Part shown: positions 1 to 12,910 of the stretch, one piece after another
Position numbering within the stretch: the first letter of the stretch is position 1
How the letters are laid out: each line of letters starts with the position of its first letter
Assembly: GCF_004010195.1 (NCBI RefSeq)
Contig: NC_057760.1
Location: 50,871-114,870, forward strand
Direction of reading: 5' to 3'
DNA from: Chiloscyllium plagiosum
Taxonomy: Eukaryota
Length of the DNA stretch: 64,000 bases
Notes under the pieces: model-generated
What the model was told of the DNA's origin: nothing
What the model saw: the letters and a program-made list of their open reading frames with translations, nothing else
The model's database searches: none
Translations under genes and position numbers: made by a program

Positions 1-680
1 CGGTCTTTGCGGGAGGCGGAGAGGGGTGGGGAGGGAAATATATCCCTGGTGGTGGTGTCTGTTTGGAGGTGGCGGAAATGTCGGCGGATGATTTGGTTTA
101 TGCGAAGGTTGGTAGGGTGGAAGGTGTGCACCAGGGGCGTTCTGTCCTTGTTGCGGTTGGAGGGGTTGGGTCTGAGGGCGGAGGTGCGGGATGTGAACGT
201 GATGCGTTGGAGGGCATCTTTAACCACGTGGGAAGGGAAATTGCGGTCTTTAAAGAAGGAGGCCATCTGGTGTGTTCTATGGTGGAACCGCTCCTCCTGG
301 GAGTTGATACGGCGGAGGCGGAGGAATTGGGGATACGGGATGGCATTTTTGCAAGAGGTAGGGTGGGAAGAGGTGTAATCCAGGTAGCTGTGGGAGTCGG
401 TGGGTTTGTATAAAATGTCAGTGTCAAGTCGGTCGTCACTGATGGAGATGGAGAGGTCCAGGAGGGGGAGGGAGGTGTCAGAGATGGTCCAGTTAAATTT
501 AAGGTCAGGGTGGAATGTGTTGGTGAAGTTGATGAATTGCTCAACCTCCTCGCGGGAGCACGAGGTGGTGCCAATGCAGTCATCAATGTAGCGGAGGAAG
601 AGGTAAGGAGTGGTGCCGGTGTAATTACGGAAGATCAACTGTTCTACGTAGCCAACAAAGAGACAGGCATAGCTGGGGCA
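1..680 (-). mobile_element. Penelope-like retroelement (PLE) reverse transcriptase fragment
   Basis: The minus strand reads PSYACLFVGYVEQLIF..LFLRYIDDCIG..FHPDLKFNW..YKPTDSHSYLDYTSSHP, the PLE RT YIDD core plus thumb; it appears frameshifted downstream. Confidence 0.85.
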
Positions 681-794
681 AGCAGGAGGGATTTAGTTTA
701 ACTTGGTGTCACGTTCGGCACAACATTGCGGGCGGTTCTATGTTGCGTGATACAAATGGGCACGTAGGTCTGAACACAGATAGATTAGACCTTA

Positions 795-1110
795 TAAAAA
801 CCGAAAGAACTGCAGATGTTGCAAATCAGAAACTAAAAACCGAGGTTGTTGGAAAAGTTGGCAGTATCTGTGGAGAGCAATCAGAGTTAACATTTCGGGT
901 CCTGTGACCTTTCTCCGAGTCAACATTTCAGGTGCAGTGACTATGAAAGATAGAAGGTGACAGTTCTGGAAGGGAGGAGTGAACGAGCGAAGAAATCTGA
1001 TTGCTTAAAGGAAGGCAGATGAAAAGGGTCACCGGACCCAGAACGTTAACGTTGATTTCTCTTCACAGGTGCTGACAGACCTGCTGAGCTTTTCCAGCAA
1101 CTTCTGTTAC
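795..1110. mobile_element. Inverted pair of PLE-derived terminal (pLTR-like) segments
   Basis: ~840-915 is an inverted copy of ~1020-1108; related to the segments at 9112-9225 and 17025-17120. Confidence 0.55.
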
Positions 1111-2254
1111 AGAGTAGACCTTAGATAATCTAACTATCACGGTCTATGTATAAGTAATATGTAAAGCAGTATTTACGCTAGTGTTACTTTGATGTCCAAA
1201 CCTGAATATCGTTCTTGACTTTATTATCTTCTCTCCGTTTATAAAGAACCAAGACTCCTGTTTTAGCATAAGAAGGGAGACCAGAATAATCTGCCAACAA
1301 TATAAGGCAGCCTGTGAATAACTCCAATTGGGGTTTCGGGAGAAACGTCTGGAGAATGTCAGACTTGCTCCCACAGGGAATGGTCAAAATGAATCGGAGT
1401 GATGCATTGAAGGGGGATGTTGGATAAAGACAGAGAGAGGGGAACATGGGGATGGAGAAAGTCATCATTTGCTCGTGGACCCTTGCAGACAAGGCTGACT
1501 CTCTTCCACTCTCTGGGCGAGTCCGTTTCGGGATAGCCCAAAGCGGCTTCCGCAGGTTCGGTTACACTTGGGGGCGGAAGGCGATCGTGGGTAAGGGATG
1601 GGTGAGTGGTGGAAAGTCTCATGCGACACGAGGGTGGTTTCTCGGCTGTCAACACTCCAGGCTGTTCGCTCGAGTTGTTTTTTGAGGTTAGAGAGCCGAC
1701 CCAATCAGCAGGGTGTTCCTTCACACGTTACCCAATTGCCCTTCCTCCAAGACTTCGCCTCAGCACGATGTTTGCACAATGTACAATGATTACTCGCCTT
1801 CGAGCCTGGTCTGATCCCAGGGGCGGACCCCTGCCTTGGAGGTGAACTGAGCTTGTTGGAATCTGACCAGAGCACACCCATATTCAGGCTTACCTGACTG
1901 AAAGGAATGTAAACGTGTTGAACCTTGTCAAACCAGATGCTCATCAGATTACAGAACATATTTATGATGTGATCACCTCTGGTTTGGCTTCGCCTGGTTG
2001 GGTGCGTTTCTCTGCCTTCCATTTTGTTTTTTCAGAACATTTGCCCCAAAATGTATATGTCTAAAGCACCATAGCCTTTAAGAGTCATGCACCATTGAAG
2101 AGGTTATGACATTGACGGATGTTTTGCCGAGCACTGAAGGTGTAAACAACATTTTCATTTTTTTAAACAATTGCAAATTGAGATTTGCAATGTAAAGCGT
2201 CACTTCCCCAACGTGCAGATAAAAAGAGGACAAAAAAGAAACTGTATTTTTTGT

Positions 2255-2472
2255 CATCGAGTCCTGAGAAGATTTGTAGCTCAGGTTGAGGTTCCAGATG
2301 TCGGCTTGCTCGCTGAGCTGGAAGGTTCGTTTTCAGACGTTTCGTCACCAGACTAGGTAACATCTTCAGTGGGCCTCCAGATGAAGCCCAGAGGGTCACT
2401 GAAGATGTTAACCTAGTATGGTGATGAAACGTCTGGAAATGAACCTTTCAGCTCAGCGAGCAAACCTACATC
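2255..2472. mobile_element. Fold-back PLE-like mini-element with a hammerhead-like core on each arm
   Basis: Arms at ~2297-2371 and ~2398-2472 are inverted repeats; each contains CTGAAGA-T-stem-GAAAC-GTC. Confidence 0.65.
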
Positions 2473-2546
2473 AATTTTTATTTGTAATGTCAGGATGGCC
2501 CCAGAGTGGTTTACGATCAATAAAATGATTCTCTCGTCGTTGTGGT

Positions 2547-3050
2547 AATCATCCCATCATTGGCAGATGAGGATGACTCTCAGGATGAGACCGTAGGTGA
2601 TTGTACAGACCGATGCAGCGACTGCAGGCTCTGTTATACTTGGGACAGAAGGTGGTCATGGGAAGGGGTCGGTGGGGGCGTTGGTGTGACAGCACCCTCC
2701 TTCCGCCTAGCTTTGACTTCTCTCCTGACAGCCAGTCTCAAGTGCTCGACTCCTTCCCAGATGCTGCTCCTCCACTTCAGATGGTCTTGGGGCCATCTGT
2801 GGGGATGACACACTTTGCCAGTGAGGCCTTGAGGTGTATCCCTGAAGTGCTTCCTCTGACCACCTGGGGCTTGCCTGCCGTTTCAGATCTGTGAGTAGCG
2901 CATCAGCTCGGGCAGTCTTGCGTCAGTCACGGGGACAATGTGCCCAGCCCATCGCAGGTGATCGGCAGGGGGGGTGTCAGTGCCTCTGCTGGGGACGTTG
3001 GCCTGGTCAAGGGCGCTAGTGTTGGTGCATGTGACTTCCCATCGGATTGT
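2547..3050 (-). mobile_element. RTE-clade LINE 3' end fragment
   Basis: The minus strand gives a degenerate LRWAGHI..GGQRKHFRDT..KASLAKC..WRSSIWEGVEHLE followed by Cys/His-finger-like residues. Confidence 0.65.
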
Positions 3051-4144
3051 TATAACATGGGAATTGTGACCAGCAATTTTCAGACAGCAAGAAGAATCAG
3101 AATTAGGTGTTGATTCCCTTGGCTCAGGAGCAAATGTTGATCAAGACAAGGAAGAAACCACTGGTCCCAGCTCCCAACCAACCGTCCCCTACTATTGTTC
3201 TTTGAGGATCGAGGGGGACCAATGGGACCTTGCTGTAATGTCATACCTGATTATGGCACCATCCGTCAATACAGCGTTCCCTCCAGCACCAGGATCGTGG
3301 CCTTGACTTTGAGCTCAGGCCGTCGGACTGCGACTTGAACACATCCCCATCTCAATCGGAGGTGACCTAGCCAAGGTTGAGATCAAGACGGGGAATATGC
3401 AGCAAAAGGAACAACTCTGCTCCTTAAACAGGAAGTCACGAAGGAGGTAATTTTACATTGGGGGAAGGTGGGCAGATGCACAAACACAGTACAACGAATG
3501 ATGAGGGTTGCACATCAACCCCCTCATTTTCTTGGCTTCTAATGGCCAGGTTAGCGCATGACAGGTCACCCCCGTGAATAAACTCTCCGCAAATTAAAGT
3601 GGGTAGGAGAGAAGGGTCTGTGAAAGAGACAGTGAGCTCCTTTCGCTTTGTAAATTTGCAGCACCTCAAAACTGGTTGGGTTTACTTGTTGGTAAAAGGT
3701 TGTGCTTTGTGAATTAACATGTGATCTCCTCCAGTTTTCAAACATCAAAAGCAGCACCCTATTGTTGGAAGGATGTGAAGGAACCCTGTTTATTGTCTTC
3801 AGTTCTCCAGTTGAGAAGTGATTCTATTTTAAGGCCCCAGGGCGTGTTCCTTTTAATCCAAATAAAACCTTCCTATTTAACCTCTGCAGCGTTTTGCTCC
3901 TGTACCTTCCTACCTGCTCCCAGATCCTCTAAAACACTGGGGTTTCGCTTCACTATTAAACAATCCTCGTCCTTCCTCTTCCCATTCTCAACATTGGTTT
4001 GTGGAATGCTGAACACCCTCCCCATGGCAGATGGTGGAAATTAAATTCAATAAAGAATCTGGAATTAAAAGTCTAATGACAACTGTGAATCCATTGTCAA
4101 TTGTCGGAAAAAACTTATGCGGTTCGCTGATGTCCTTTAGGGAA

Positions 4145-4875
4145 GGAAACTGCCGTCCTTACCTATAAGAAATAGGAGTGGAAGTTAGGCCGTTCGGCCC
4201 ATCGGGTCCACTCTGCCATTCAGTCATGGCTGATGGGCATTTCAAATCCACTTACCCGCACTCTCCCCGTAGCCCTTAATTCCCTCCGAGATCAAGAATT
4301 TGTCAATCTCTGCCTGGAAGACATTTAACGTCCTGGCCTCCACTGCGCTCCATGGCAATGTATTCCACACGCCCACCACTCTCCGGCTGAAGAAACTTAA
4401 CACAGAACAAAGAGCAAAGAAAATTTACAGCCCAGGAACAGGCCCTTCGGCCCTCCAAGCCACAGCTGATCCATATATACTGTCTAAACCTGTCGCCCAA
4501 TTCCTAAGCATCTGTATCCCTCTGCTCCCCACCTATTCATGTACCTGTCCAAATGAATCTACCGAGCCTGCCTCTACTATCTTTGCTGGCAATGCGTTCC
4601 AGGCACCTACCACCCTCTGTGTAACTTCTCCTCATTTCTGTTCTAAATTGACCCTCTAATTCTCAGGCTGTGCCCACGGGTCCGAGTCACCCCGCCTAAT
4701 GGAAACAACTTCCCAGCGTCCTATTTTCTATTAGATCTCCCCTCAACCTTCTAAACTCTAATGAGTACAATCACAGGATCCTCAGCCGTTCATCGTATGT
4801 TAGGCCGACCATTCCAGGGATCATCCATGTGAGTGTCCGTGGACACGCTCCAATGCCAGTGTGTCCTTCCTGAGT
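4145..4875 (-). mobile_element. Nested CR1-clade LINE 3' fragments
   Basis: Reverse-complement CR1 3'-end sequence at 4145-4395 and 4620-4875, interrupted by a second 3' end at ~4400-4625. Confidence 0.6.
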
Positions 4876-5349
4876 CTAGCTTCCCCGTGACTCCAGAATC
4901 TTAACTGCCCTTTGGGTAATTAGGGATAGCCAACAAAAGCTGGCCTTACCATGAATTTAAGAAAAACCTCCCATCAGCTCACTTTGGTTCCATAACCCAA
5001 CAAAAAAAATCTATCAATCTCTGCTCTTAATCGGACCCATTTCATTCCAGCTTTTTGGAGTCAAAACAGGCAGGGCTGGAGAAATTCTGCAAGTCAGGTA
5101 GCATCGGTGGAGAGAGAAACAAAGTTGACACTTTTGAGTCCAATAGGACTCCTCTTCTAAACCTTTTGCATTATGGAAGGGGACTTTCCCGATTTCCACC
5201 CCCCCCCCCATTGTGTGGGGAAATGTTTCCTGATATCACCCCTGAACACTGCTCCCCTCTCCCCACACTGCTCAAAGGTTTTATGTTAACCTGTCCCCTA
5301 CACTAGAGGAAGTTGTTTCTTACTACTCAGTGAGCACCTTATGACTGAT

Positions 5350-5805
5350 GCCAGAGAGAGACGGAGAGGGGGAGAGACGGAGAGAGGGAGGGAGAGGGAA
5401 AGGGAGAGTGAGACGGAGACGGAGAAAGGGAGAGACTGAGAGGGAGAGAGAGACTGAGTTGGGGGAGAGACTGNNNNNNNNNNNNNNNNNNNNNNNNNNN
5501 NNNNNNNNNNNNNNNNNNNNNNNNNNNNNNNNNNNNNNNNNNNNNNNNNNNNNNNNNNNNNNNNNNNNNNNNNNNNNNNNNNNNNNNNNNNNNNNNNNNN
5601 NNNNNNNNNNNNNNNNNNNNNNNNNNNNNNNNNNNNNNNNNNNNNNNNNNNNNNNNNNNNNNNNNNNNNNNNNNNNNNNNNNNNNNNNNNNNNNNNNNNN
5701 NNNNNNNNNNNNNNNNNNNNNNNNAGGGAGAGAGAGAGAGAGAGAGGGGGAGGGAGGGAGGGAGAGAGAGAGAGAGAGGGGGAGGGAGGGAGGGAGAGAG
5801 AGAGA
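5350..5805. repeat. GA/GGA-rich simple repeat spanning an assembly gap (N at 5474-5724)
   Basis: Directly visible. Confidence 0.95.
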
Positions 5806-6355
5806 TGGGCAGCACGGTGAAAAAGTAGTTAGCACTGCTGCCTCACAGCGCCAGGGACCCAGGTTCAGTTCTAGCCTTGGTTGACTGTCTGTGTGGAGTT
5901 TGCACATTCTCCCCGTGTCTGCGTGGATTTCCTCTGGGTGCTCAGATTTCCTCCCACAGTCCAAAGATAGACAATAGACAATAGGTGCAGGAGTAGGTCA
6001 TTCAGCCCTTCGAGCCTGCACCGCCATTCAATATAATCATGGCTGATCATTCCTAATCAGTATCCTGTTCCTGCCTTATCTCCATAAGCCTTGAATCCAC
6101 TATCTTTGAGAGCTCTATCCAACTCCTTCTTAAATGAATCCAGAGAGTGGGCCTCCACTGCCCTCTGGGGCAGAGCATTCCACACAGCCACCACTCTCTG
6201 GATGTGCAGGTTAGGGTGGATTGGCCATGCTAAATTGCCCATAGTGTTAGGTGCACTAGTCATAGGGTCTGGGTCGGTGACTCTTTGGAGGGTCAGTGTG
6301 GACTTGTTGGGCCAAAGGGCCTATTTCCATACTGTAGGGGAATCTAATCCAAATC
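5806..6355 (+). mobile_element. HE1/V-SINE-type tRNA-derived SINE interrupted by a minus-strand CR1 3' fragment (~5970-6198)
   Basis: tRNA-like head, core GTGTGGAGTTTGCACATTCTCCCCGTGTCTGCGTGG and a TCTAATC tail. Confidence 0.8.
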
Positions 6356-7629
6356 TAAAATTTGCAGTATCGAGCCTTCTAATTTGTAGTCAGTAGCAGA
6401 TAAAGCTGAATTGTGTGTCGGGTTGCCTGGGGAACTGGACTGCTAGGTGTGGCTGTTCAGTACATGCCCAGGTCCCCAGGTGAGCTGCAGTGATGTAAAC
6501 AGCCTACAGTCTGTTCTGTAGCATAACGCGAGGCTGCCTTTTCTGTTCGAGAGGAGCAAGTTGGGACGCCTGGACGGTTTTGTCCTCTGTTGGGTCAGAC
6601 AATAACTTAATTCCCAAGCTTGGTAAGCGCTGCTTGAAAACTACACCTGGTGGAGCGACTGAGTGCACGGTAACTTTACTCATAGGTTTTTGATGGACCA
6701 GTTTTAATTGTGAGGCATTGTATTGAAGGCATCAGGTTACTTGGTGGGTTTTTTTTAAATATAAAGGAACATATTGTAAATTTTAAATAGTGCTGCATTT
6801 ATTAGTCCAGTTTGTTAGTTCCTGTCTAGTGTTCTACAGAGTCAAACAGAGGAGAGAGAGAGAGACCCTTCAGCCCATCCAGTCAAAAAAAGACTCTTAA
6901 GTCTACCCTTGTCCCACTTTCCAGCGCTTGATCTATAGCCCTGAATGTTTTGAAATTTCAGGCACTTTTCAAAAGGTTTAAACTACCGTCCCTGACCCCC
7001 TTCCTCTTCAAGTACCATTCTTGCTTTTCAAATACTTTCCTCCTTCTCTCTCTCTCTTAATCCCAACATTACTGAAAACATCAATCAGGCAAGCGTCTTT
7101 CTTCACAGGCATTCCTGAGTCACCACCACAGGAATGTATGGATAGCTAGTAACGAGCAAAAACACGTTCTGTCGAGGACATGAAACCTCATGCCCTTCAG
7201 CAGAGAATCCTATCTAAGGGGAAACGGCACAAAGACTAACTCGGTCTGAGCTTCCCCCTACTTCTCCCCGGCCTTGCCCCGCCCTTCAGCTCGCTACAGT
7301 GTGGGAAATTTGTTTCTCGTTGTTTGACTTTCTGTCTCTCAGCTGTGCCTCGGTAAATGGCAGTGATGTCACTCTGGGGTTCAAGGGTCCGCTCTGTAGA
7401 ACCAAGCCCACCACCCCACTCCACCACCATCACCTCCCAACTCCCCATCCATGCCAGCGTACCCAGTGTTAACACCAGAGGGAGTGCCACATTGTTGCAG
7501 GTGCGTTTTTGTTTTGACTGCGCTGTTAAACCAAGGCCCTCACCCCACCACTCTCTCAGGTGGGTGTCAGAGATCCCATGACAGTTGTAGAGAGGAGCAG
7601 CTGACTTCTCCCCGGTGCAGTGGGGCCAA

Positions 7630-7757
7630 TTCCTGAAGCAGGGCTCTTGCCCGAAACGTCGATTCTCCTCATCGGATGCTGTCCCTGACCCGCTGTACAT
7701 TTCCAGCACCACACTCTCCACTCTGATCTCCAGTATCTGCAGTCCTCACTTTCTCCT
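7630..7757 (+). mobile_element. PLE-derived mini-element (family A)
   Basis: CTGAAGCAGGGCTCTTGCCCGAAACGTCGATTCTCC..ATCTGCAGTCCTCACTTTCTCC. Confidence 0.75.
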
Positions 7758-8145
7758 GATATTTGTCTGTCGAGCAATGCATTTAAAAAAGGTGATCTGG
7801 GTGACTATGCATGACTGTGGGATCTTTCTGTGCCTGCCTGGTTTCCTACACTGTACTTTCAAAACACCTTATTGTGTTTTCGGACATACTGGGGATCAAG
7901 AAAGGTGCTATTTAAGCATTCAATCTTTGCTGCTCACCAGGAGACCAGGACAGTCCTAAACCAGGTACTTTAGATAAACTGTGTTTTATCCAACTTTAAA
8001 TTTGCAGTGCTGCTGCTGGTCTTTCAATACAGATATTGCAGGACCATTGAGATGTGGAAGGGTGGCAGATCTCAAGTGCAAACTGCCATCGAAATAAGGG
8101 AAATTGATATTTTATATTAATTTAAATAGCATGTCACGCCAGTTG

Positions 8146-8440
8146 GTGTTTGCACATTCTCCCTGTATCTGCGTGGGTTTCCTCCAGATGCTCTGATTTC
8201 CTCTCTCAGTCCAAAGATGTGCAGGTCAGGGTGGATTGGCCATGGTAAATTGTCCCATAGTGCCCAGGGATGTGCAGGTTAGGGTGGATTGGCCATGCTA
8301 AATTGCCCACAGTTCCATGGATATGCAGGCTAGGTGGATTAGCCGTGGGGAATGCAGGTTTGCAGGGCTATGGGTCTTCAGAGGGTGGGAGTAGACCCGA
8401 TGGGCTGAATGGCCTGCTTCCACATTATAGGGATTCTATG
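8146..8440 (+). mobile_element. 5'-truncated HE1/V-SINE
   Basis: SINE core plus repeated GATGTGCAGGTTAGGGTGGATTGGCCATG units. Confidence 0.75.
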
Positions 8441-9327
8441 AAATGTGGCGTTGATTGACTGATTTGTCAACTTCCATTAAAGCCAATGTTCTCTTTATAT
8501 CCACAACTTGGAGATGATGAAGTTTCGTTCTCAGATTTGTGCAGCAGAAAAAATAAATCGAGGAAATGTCGATGTCAGTATACCCTAAAGAGATATGCTC
8601 CTGATATCATCGCATCATAGCACGGGATCCATTATGTAAAACTCCCTGACTCCATCATGTCTCCATTCACTTGAAGCATGGCACTCTATTTGAAACCTGC
8701 TCCTCTGCTAACCTTGGAACTTAATATTAACCCAGGCACACATGCTTGAGGAACATGACATTTGTACATTATGGTAAATTGCTGAACAAAGAGACCATGG
8801 TTCATAGTTCCTTGAAAGTGGAGTTGCAGGTAGACAGGGTAGTGAAGAAGGTGTTTGGTACGCTTGCTTTCATTGGTCAATGCCCCTCGATCCTGCTCGA
8901 CCATTTGATGTGAGTGTGCCCAATCTCATCTCGGCTTCAACTCTACTTTCCTGCCTGCTCCTGTAACCCTTCAACTCATTATTTATTGCAAATCTGTCTC
9001 ATTCCTTTTTAAATTTATTCACCGTCCCAGCATCCACCATGCCTCTGGGGGAGTGAATTTCTCAGATTCATGACCCTTTGACAGCAATAATTTCTCTTCA
9101 TCACGCTCAGTTCTGAGGAAGGGTCACTCAACCCGAAATGTTAACTCTGCTTTCTCTCCACAGATGCTGCCAGACCTGCTGAGCTTCTCCAGCAAGTTTG
9201 TTTTAGTTTCTGATTTACAGAATCTTTCAGTTTTTACTTAACATCATTTCTACGTCTACTTTGCATCTTCTTGACTTTAGCATCTTATATGCAGGTTAGG
9301 GTGGATATAGTAAACGACTGAACTGTG

Positions 9328-9547
9328 TTCAGTACAATTCCGAGGAGAAAGTGAGGTCTGCAGATGCTGGAGATCAAAGTTGAAACTTTATTGCTGGAAC
9401 AGCACAGCAGGTCAGGCAGCATCCAGGGAACAGGAGAACATTCCTGAAGAAGGGCCTGTGCCCGAAACGTCGAATCTCCTGTTCCCTGGATGCTGCCTGA
9501 CCTGCTGTGCTGTTCCAGCAATAAAGTTTCAACTTCAGTACAATTCC
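9328..9547. mobile_element. Fold-back PLE-derived mini-element (family A) with a 14-bp TSD
   Basis: TTCAGTACAATTCC at 9328-9341 and 9534-9547; inverted arms; hammerhead-like core at 9444-9471. Confidence 0.85.
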
Positions 9548-9669
9548 CTCAAGTAATGGGATCAAAAATGTAAGCAGTACTCCAGGTGTGATTTCATTAA
9601 TGTCTTGCACAGTTGCAGCAACATCTCTACTCTTTATGCTCTATTTCTTGAGCAATAAGCAGTTGACGT

Positions 9670-10810
9670 GACTCTATGGACTTCAGTAAGGCGTTTGACA
9701 AGGTTCCCCATGGGAGACTGGTTAGCAAGGTTAGATCTCATGGAACACAGGGAGAACTAGCCATTTGGATACAGAACTAACTCAAAGGTAGAAGACAGAG
9801 GGTGGTGGTGGAGGGTTGATTTTCAGACTGGAGGTGTGTGACCAGTGGAGTGCCACTAGGATTGGTGCTGGGTCATCTACTTTTCATCATTCATATAAAT
9901 GATTTGGATGTGAGCATAAGAAGTATAGTTAGTAAGTTTGTAGATAACACCAAAATTGGAGGTGTAGTGGACAGTGAAGAAGGTTACTTCAGATTACAAT
10001 GGAATCTTGATCAGATGGGCCAATGGGCTGTGATGGAGTTTAATTTAGATAAATGCGAGGTGCTGCATTTTAGGAAAGCAAACCTTAGCAGGACTTACAC
10101 ACTTAATGGTAAGGTCCTAGGGAGAGTTGCTGAACAAAGAGATGTTGGAGTGCAGGTTCATAGCTCCTTGAAAGTGGAATCGCAGGTAGATAGGATAGTG
10201 AAGAGGGTGTTTGGTATGCTTTCTTTTATTGGTCAGAGTACAGGAGTTGGGAGGTCATGTTGCAGCTGAACAGGACATTGGTTAGGCCACTGTTGGAATA
10301 TTGCATACAATTCTGGACTCCTTCCTACCGGAGAGATGTTGTGAAACATGAAATGGTTCAGAAAAGATTTACAAGGATGGAGGATTTGAGCTATAGGGAG
10401 AGGTTGAATAGGCTGGGGCTGTTTTCCCTGGAGTGTCAGAGACTGGTGGTGACCTTATAGAGGTTTATAAAATTATGAGGGGCATGGATAGGATAAATAG
10501 ACAAGTCATTTCCCTGGGGCGGGGGAGTCCAGAACTAGAGGGTTTAGGGTGAGAGGGGCAAGATATAAAAGAGATCTAAGGGGCAACTTTGGGTGGTGCA
10601 TGTGTGGAATGGGCTGCCAGAGGAAGTGGTGGAGGCTGGTACAATTACAGCATTTAAAAGACATTTGGATGGGTATATAAATAGGAAGGGTTTAGAGGGA
10701 TATGGGCTGGGTGCTGCAGGTGGGACTAGATTGGGTTGGGATATCTGGTCGGCATGGATAGGTTGGACCGAAGGGTCTGTTTCCGTGCTGTACATATCTC
10801 TATGACTCTA
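9670..10810 (+). mobile_element. 5'-truncated CR1-clade LINE (RT plus 3' UTR)
   Basis: [41 protein letters not shown]; degenerate. Confidence 0.9.
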
Positions 10811-11134
10811 ATTGCTAAGATTCCATTTGCCTTTGTTACTTACTGTTCTAGTTCTCTTGTGATTTATGCTTGCACAAATGTTTTCTGTGATTCAACGAAC
10901 AGAAAAACCATTTATTGCTACTCCCTGTTTTCTGTTAGCTGGCCAATATTCTATATTGCCAATTTGCTACCCCTTATATTACAGGCTTTTATTTTCCCTG
11001 ATACCTTACTAAATGCCTTCTTGAAATCGAAGTACAGTATGTCGACCAGTTTCTCTTTATCCACAGCACTTTACCACCTCAACGAACTCCAATAACTTGG
11101 TCAAACATGGTTTATCTTTCATGAAACTGTATTG

Positions 11135-12910
11135 AAGGATGTTGTGAAACTTTAAAGGGTTCACAAAATATTTACAAGGATATTGCCAGGGTTGGAGGGG
11201 TTGAACTATTTGGAGAAGCTGAATAGGCTGTGGCTGTTTTCCCTGGAGCGTCGGAGGCTGAGGGAGTGACCTTATAGAGGTTTATAAAATCAGGAGGGGC
11301 ACGGATAGAGTGAACAGATGAGGACTTTTCCTCAAGGCAACATAGTCCAAAACTAGAGGGCATAGGTTTAGGGTGAGAGGGGGAAGATTTGAAAGAGACC
11401 AAAGGGGCAAACTTTTCACGCAGAGGGCGGTGCATGTGTGGAATGAGCTGTTAGAGGATGTGGTGGAGGCTGGTACAACTGCAACATTCGAAAGGCATCG
11501 AGATGGGTATATGAATACATAAGTCCGGCCCTTTGAGCCTGCTCTGCCATTCAATAAGATCAAGGCTGATCTTTTCGTGGACTCAGTCTCACTTACCTGC
11601 GCTCTTACTGTAGGAAAGGTTTAGACGGATATGGCCCAAATGGTAGCAAATGGGACTAGATTAATTTAGGATATCTGGTCGGCATGGACAAGTTGGTCTG
11701 TGACTGTGCTGCACAACTCTGACTCTGTCTGATGCCCTTGAACTTATCCTCTACTCTACCTTCATTTTTAAAAATAGCCTTCAGATGACCTGAACACCAT
11801 ACTGAGTGAGCACCATCAGACATAGAGTCATAGAGGTGTACAGCATGGAAACAGACCCTTCGGTGCAAACCGTCCATGCCGACCAGATATCCCAACCCAA
11901 TCTCGCCCCACTTGCCAGAACTTGGCCCATATCCCTCCAAACCGTTCCTATTCATATACCCATCCAGATGCCTCTTAAATGTTGCAATTGTACCAGCCTC
12001 CACCACTTCCTCTGGCAGGTCATTCCATACACGTACCACCCTCTGTGTGAAAAAGTTGCCCCTGAGGTCTCTTTTATATCTTTCCTCTCTCACCCTAAAC
12101 CTATGCCCCTCTAGTTCTGGACTCCCCCACCCCAGGGAAGAGACTTGTCTATTTATCCTATCCATGCCCCACACGATTTTGTAATCCTCAATAAGGTCAC
12201 CCCTCAGCCTCTGGTGTTCCAGGGAAAACAGCCCCAGTCTGTTCAGCCCTCTAGCTCAAACCCTCCAACCCTGGCAACATCCTTGAAAATCTTTTCTTAA
12301 CCCTTTCAAGTTTCACAACATCTTTCCAATAGGAAGGAGACCAGAATTGCACACAATATTCCAACAGCGGCCTAACCAATGTCCTGTACAACCGCAACAT
12401 GCTCCCTCATTATGGGCATTTATGCGGGCATTGCATAGGCATATGGAGGTTAGTGGGCTAGTGTAGGTTAGGTGGGCTTGGATCGGCGCAACATCGAGGG
12501 TCAAAGGGCCTGTATTGTGCTGTATTTTTCTATGTTCTATGTTCTATGTTCTAGAACATTACAGCGCAGTACAGGCCCTTTGGCCCTTGATGTTGCGCCG
12601 ATCCAAGCCCACCTACCTACACTAGCCCACTATCCTCCATATGCCTATCCAATGCCCGTTTAAATGCCCATAAAGAGGGAGAGTCCACCACTGCTACTGG
12701 CAGGGCATTCCATGAACTCACGACTCGCTGAGTAAAGAATCTACCCCTAACATCTGTCCTATACCTACCACCCCTGAATTTAAAGCTATGCCCCCTTGTA
12801 ATAGCTGACTCCATACGTGGAATACATCTGCAAACTTACTAACTATATCTCTCATGCTCACATCCAAACCATTTATATAAGTGACGAAAAGTAGAGGATC
12901 CAGCACCAAG
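11135..12910. mobile_element. Cluster of CR1-clade LINE 3' fragments in both orientations
   Basis: 11135-11730 (+), 11822-12400 (-), 12410-12552 (+, TTCTATG tail), 12552-12910 (-). Confidence 0.85.

Noticed and set aside
5323..5964. ORFs of 158-213 aa spanning the N gap
   Set aside because: Artefacts of simple repeats and Ns.
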